Part shown: positions 62,301 through 64,000 of the stretch, in pieces | How positions within the stretch are numbered: position 1 is the first letter of the stretch | Layout of the letters: every line of letters starts with the position of its first letter | Origin: Cetorhinus maximus | Taxonomy: Eukaryota | Reading direction: 5' to 3' | DNA: 64,000 nt | Assembly (NCBI RefSeq): GCF_964194155.1 | Contig: NC_135890.1 | Location: 117,986,001 to 118,050,000, forward strand | Notes under the pieces: model-generated | What the model was told of the DNA's origin: nothing | The model's database searches: none | What the model saw: the letters and a program-made list of their open reading frames with translations, nothing else | Made by a program: the position numbers and the translations under genes

Positions 62301-64000
62301 TCTTAGGTTGCATTAAATAAGAAGTTTTTTTAAAAATGTGGTGGGAGTGAAGTGCAAGGTTTTTTTTTTGCAAAATGCAAGCAGAATCCAGGCAGACAAA
62401 TTAACAACTAATAGGAGTTCTGCCATTCCTGCTTACTCTTCAACTGATAAACTTACGGTTCATTTGATAACAGCAGTTTGATGATCTTTGTTGCTGATCA
62501 GCAAAGTGTGTAAAAACCCAATGCTTAGCCAACTCCAGGAAAATGCAAAGGGCTCTCAGTCAGATGACGAATAGTAGTCATTTCGGTTTTTACATCATGC
62601 TTGACTGACCAAGTGAGGCAAATCCTTTAGATTTAAAAATAAGATAATACCTAAATTGCAAAAGGAATTCCTGCTTGCCACATGTTTCACCGTATGGAAG
62701 TGGTATTCTCACTTGGATTTTAATAAAATGTGTAACAATTTCATGCTATTTCCACCTTGACTTATGAAAAATAACCTAGGAGTACAACTATAACATAATT
62801 TTCTGTCGTCTCCTCCTACCTTTTCTTGAATTGTGGCTAGATAAGATTATTTGGAGCCAGGATGAAGAACTGATGGAGCAAATGGAGCACTTGAATGAAG
62901 TGTATGGCACAAGAAGCTTGAGCACAATTTTTCTATAGCCTGGTGGCACCAGTAAGCATTATAACAAAATTGCAGTGTAGAAACTACATGTTGTAAGCTG
63001 TCAAATGCATATCATGGTAATCCAGCATTTGAAAAAAAAATGATTGATGTACATTATTTTAGAAGGTGCTGATAGGTATAATTAACAATCACAGGTTATT
63101 TTCATTTTAGTAGAATTACAGTTATATGGGTCCAGGAAAAGACAAAACTGGGTACACGAAACATGCCCTAAAATTTTGATCTTCACTTAAAAATGGGATA
63201 TAGATTCAGATGTATATCATCTGCAAATGTTTTATATTTGATATAGCTCCACTGGTTCCCATAAGTCTCGCACAGCTACCAGTAACCCAACAAAAACAGC
63301 AGTTTGCATTTACATAATGCCTTTAATGTCATAAAATGTGCCAAGGTGCTTCACAGGACTGTTACCAAACTATTTCAAAATTTTTAAGTCAACACACCTA
63401 TTGCATCTAAGAATTTGAGTCATCTTCCCTTGCATACTCTCGCCCCCAAATACTCATTCCCATCTTTACCTACCACACTCCATCCCATCCTGCTGATTGA
63501 AGGAGTCTTCTTCCTGTGACTTTTTAAAACAACTATCAATATTGGGCTGTGTTCAGCCTATGTATCTGCTGCTGTCCAAACATCTATGGAACTGATTGCT
63601 GTGCTACATCTGGTAGCATTGGCAGGATGCTGGAAAATGTGCTGACAATTAACAGTTACCGGGTTCGATTGGGGTTCTGTCCCGTGAGAGTACAAATTTC
63701 TACTGTTACAACATTTACATAGTTTTGCAAATTATAATCTGACACATTTTAAAGCAAAAGCCACAGGTTCTCCCCCTCCACCTTCATTAGGCCACAAAGG
63801 TTGGTCTATAGGTATAGGTGTATATTACCACAAAATGCATTGTACAGCCTGCAGTAGTGAGGGTCACAAGTAATAAGGTGTTAAACTGTGTTGTTCTTTA
63901 ATATTCTTACTTTCCAGTCTCACAAATGGGTTTATGTACAGAAAAATTCAAGTAACTCATATTGAGGGTTTATTAAGCTTACATTTTAAAAACAAAGTGA

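Noticed and set aside
48396-64000. Further ZDHHC8 exons
   Set aside because: No exon 2-like peptide (..LFVLANFSMATFMDPG) was seen, so the region is treated as intron 1.

Overview
Vertebrate genomic DNA, very likely from a shark or other elasmobranch, judged from HE1-type tRNA-SINEs, HER1/CR1, L2 and Penelope-type repeats. It holds the complete 6-exon RANBP1 gene on + (CDS 4438-23210, 209 aa) behind a CpG-rich, probably bidirectional promoter. It also holds the CpG-island promoter and first coding exon of ZDHHC8 on + (48298-48395), whose intron 1 appears to run past the window end. This is the same RANBP1-ZDHHC8 order as human 22q11.2. Most remaining sequence is decayed transposable elements. 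Highlights: (1) a complete Gypsy-type LTR element (43259-47188) whose pol is replaced by intronless, decayed fragments resembling two host coiled-coil genes, UACA-family and TPR; (2) an HE1 SINE head running into a LINE endonuclease start, suggesting HE1 is an internal-deletion product of a tRNA-headed LINE; (3) several Penelope pLTR minimal hammerhead-ribozyme motifs, including head-to-head hairpins; (4) a tandem Tx1-like array; (5) a GC-box minisatellite and an overlapping uORF at ZDHHC8. All family assignments come from manual translation and recalled motifs; no database search was run.
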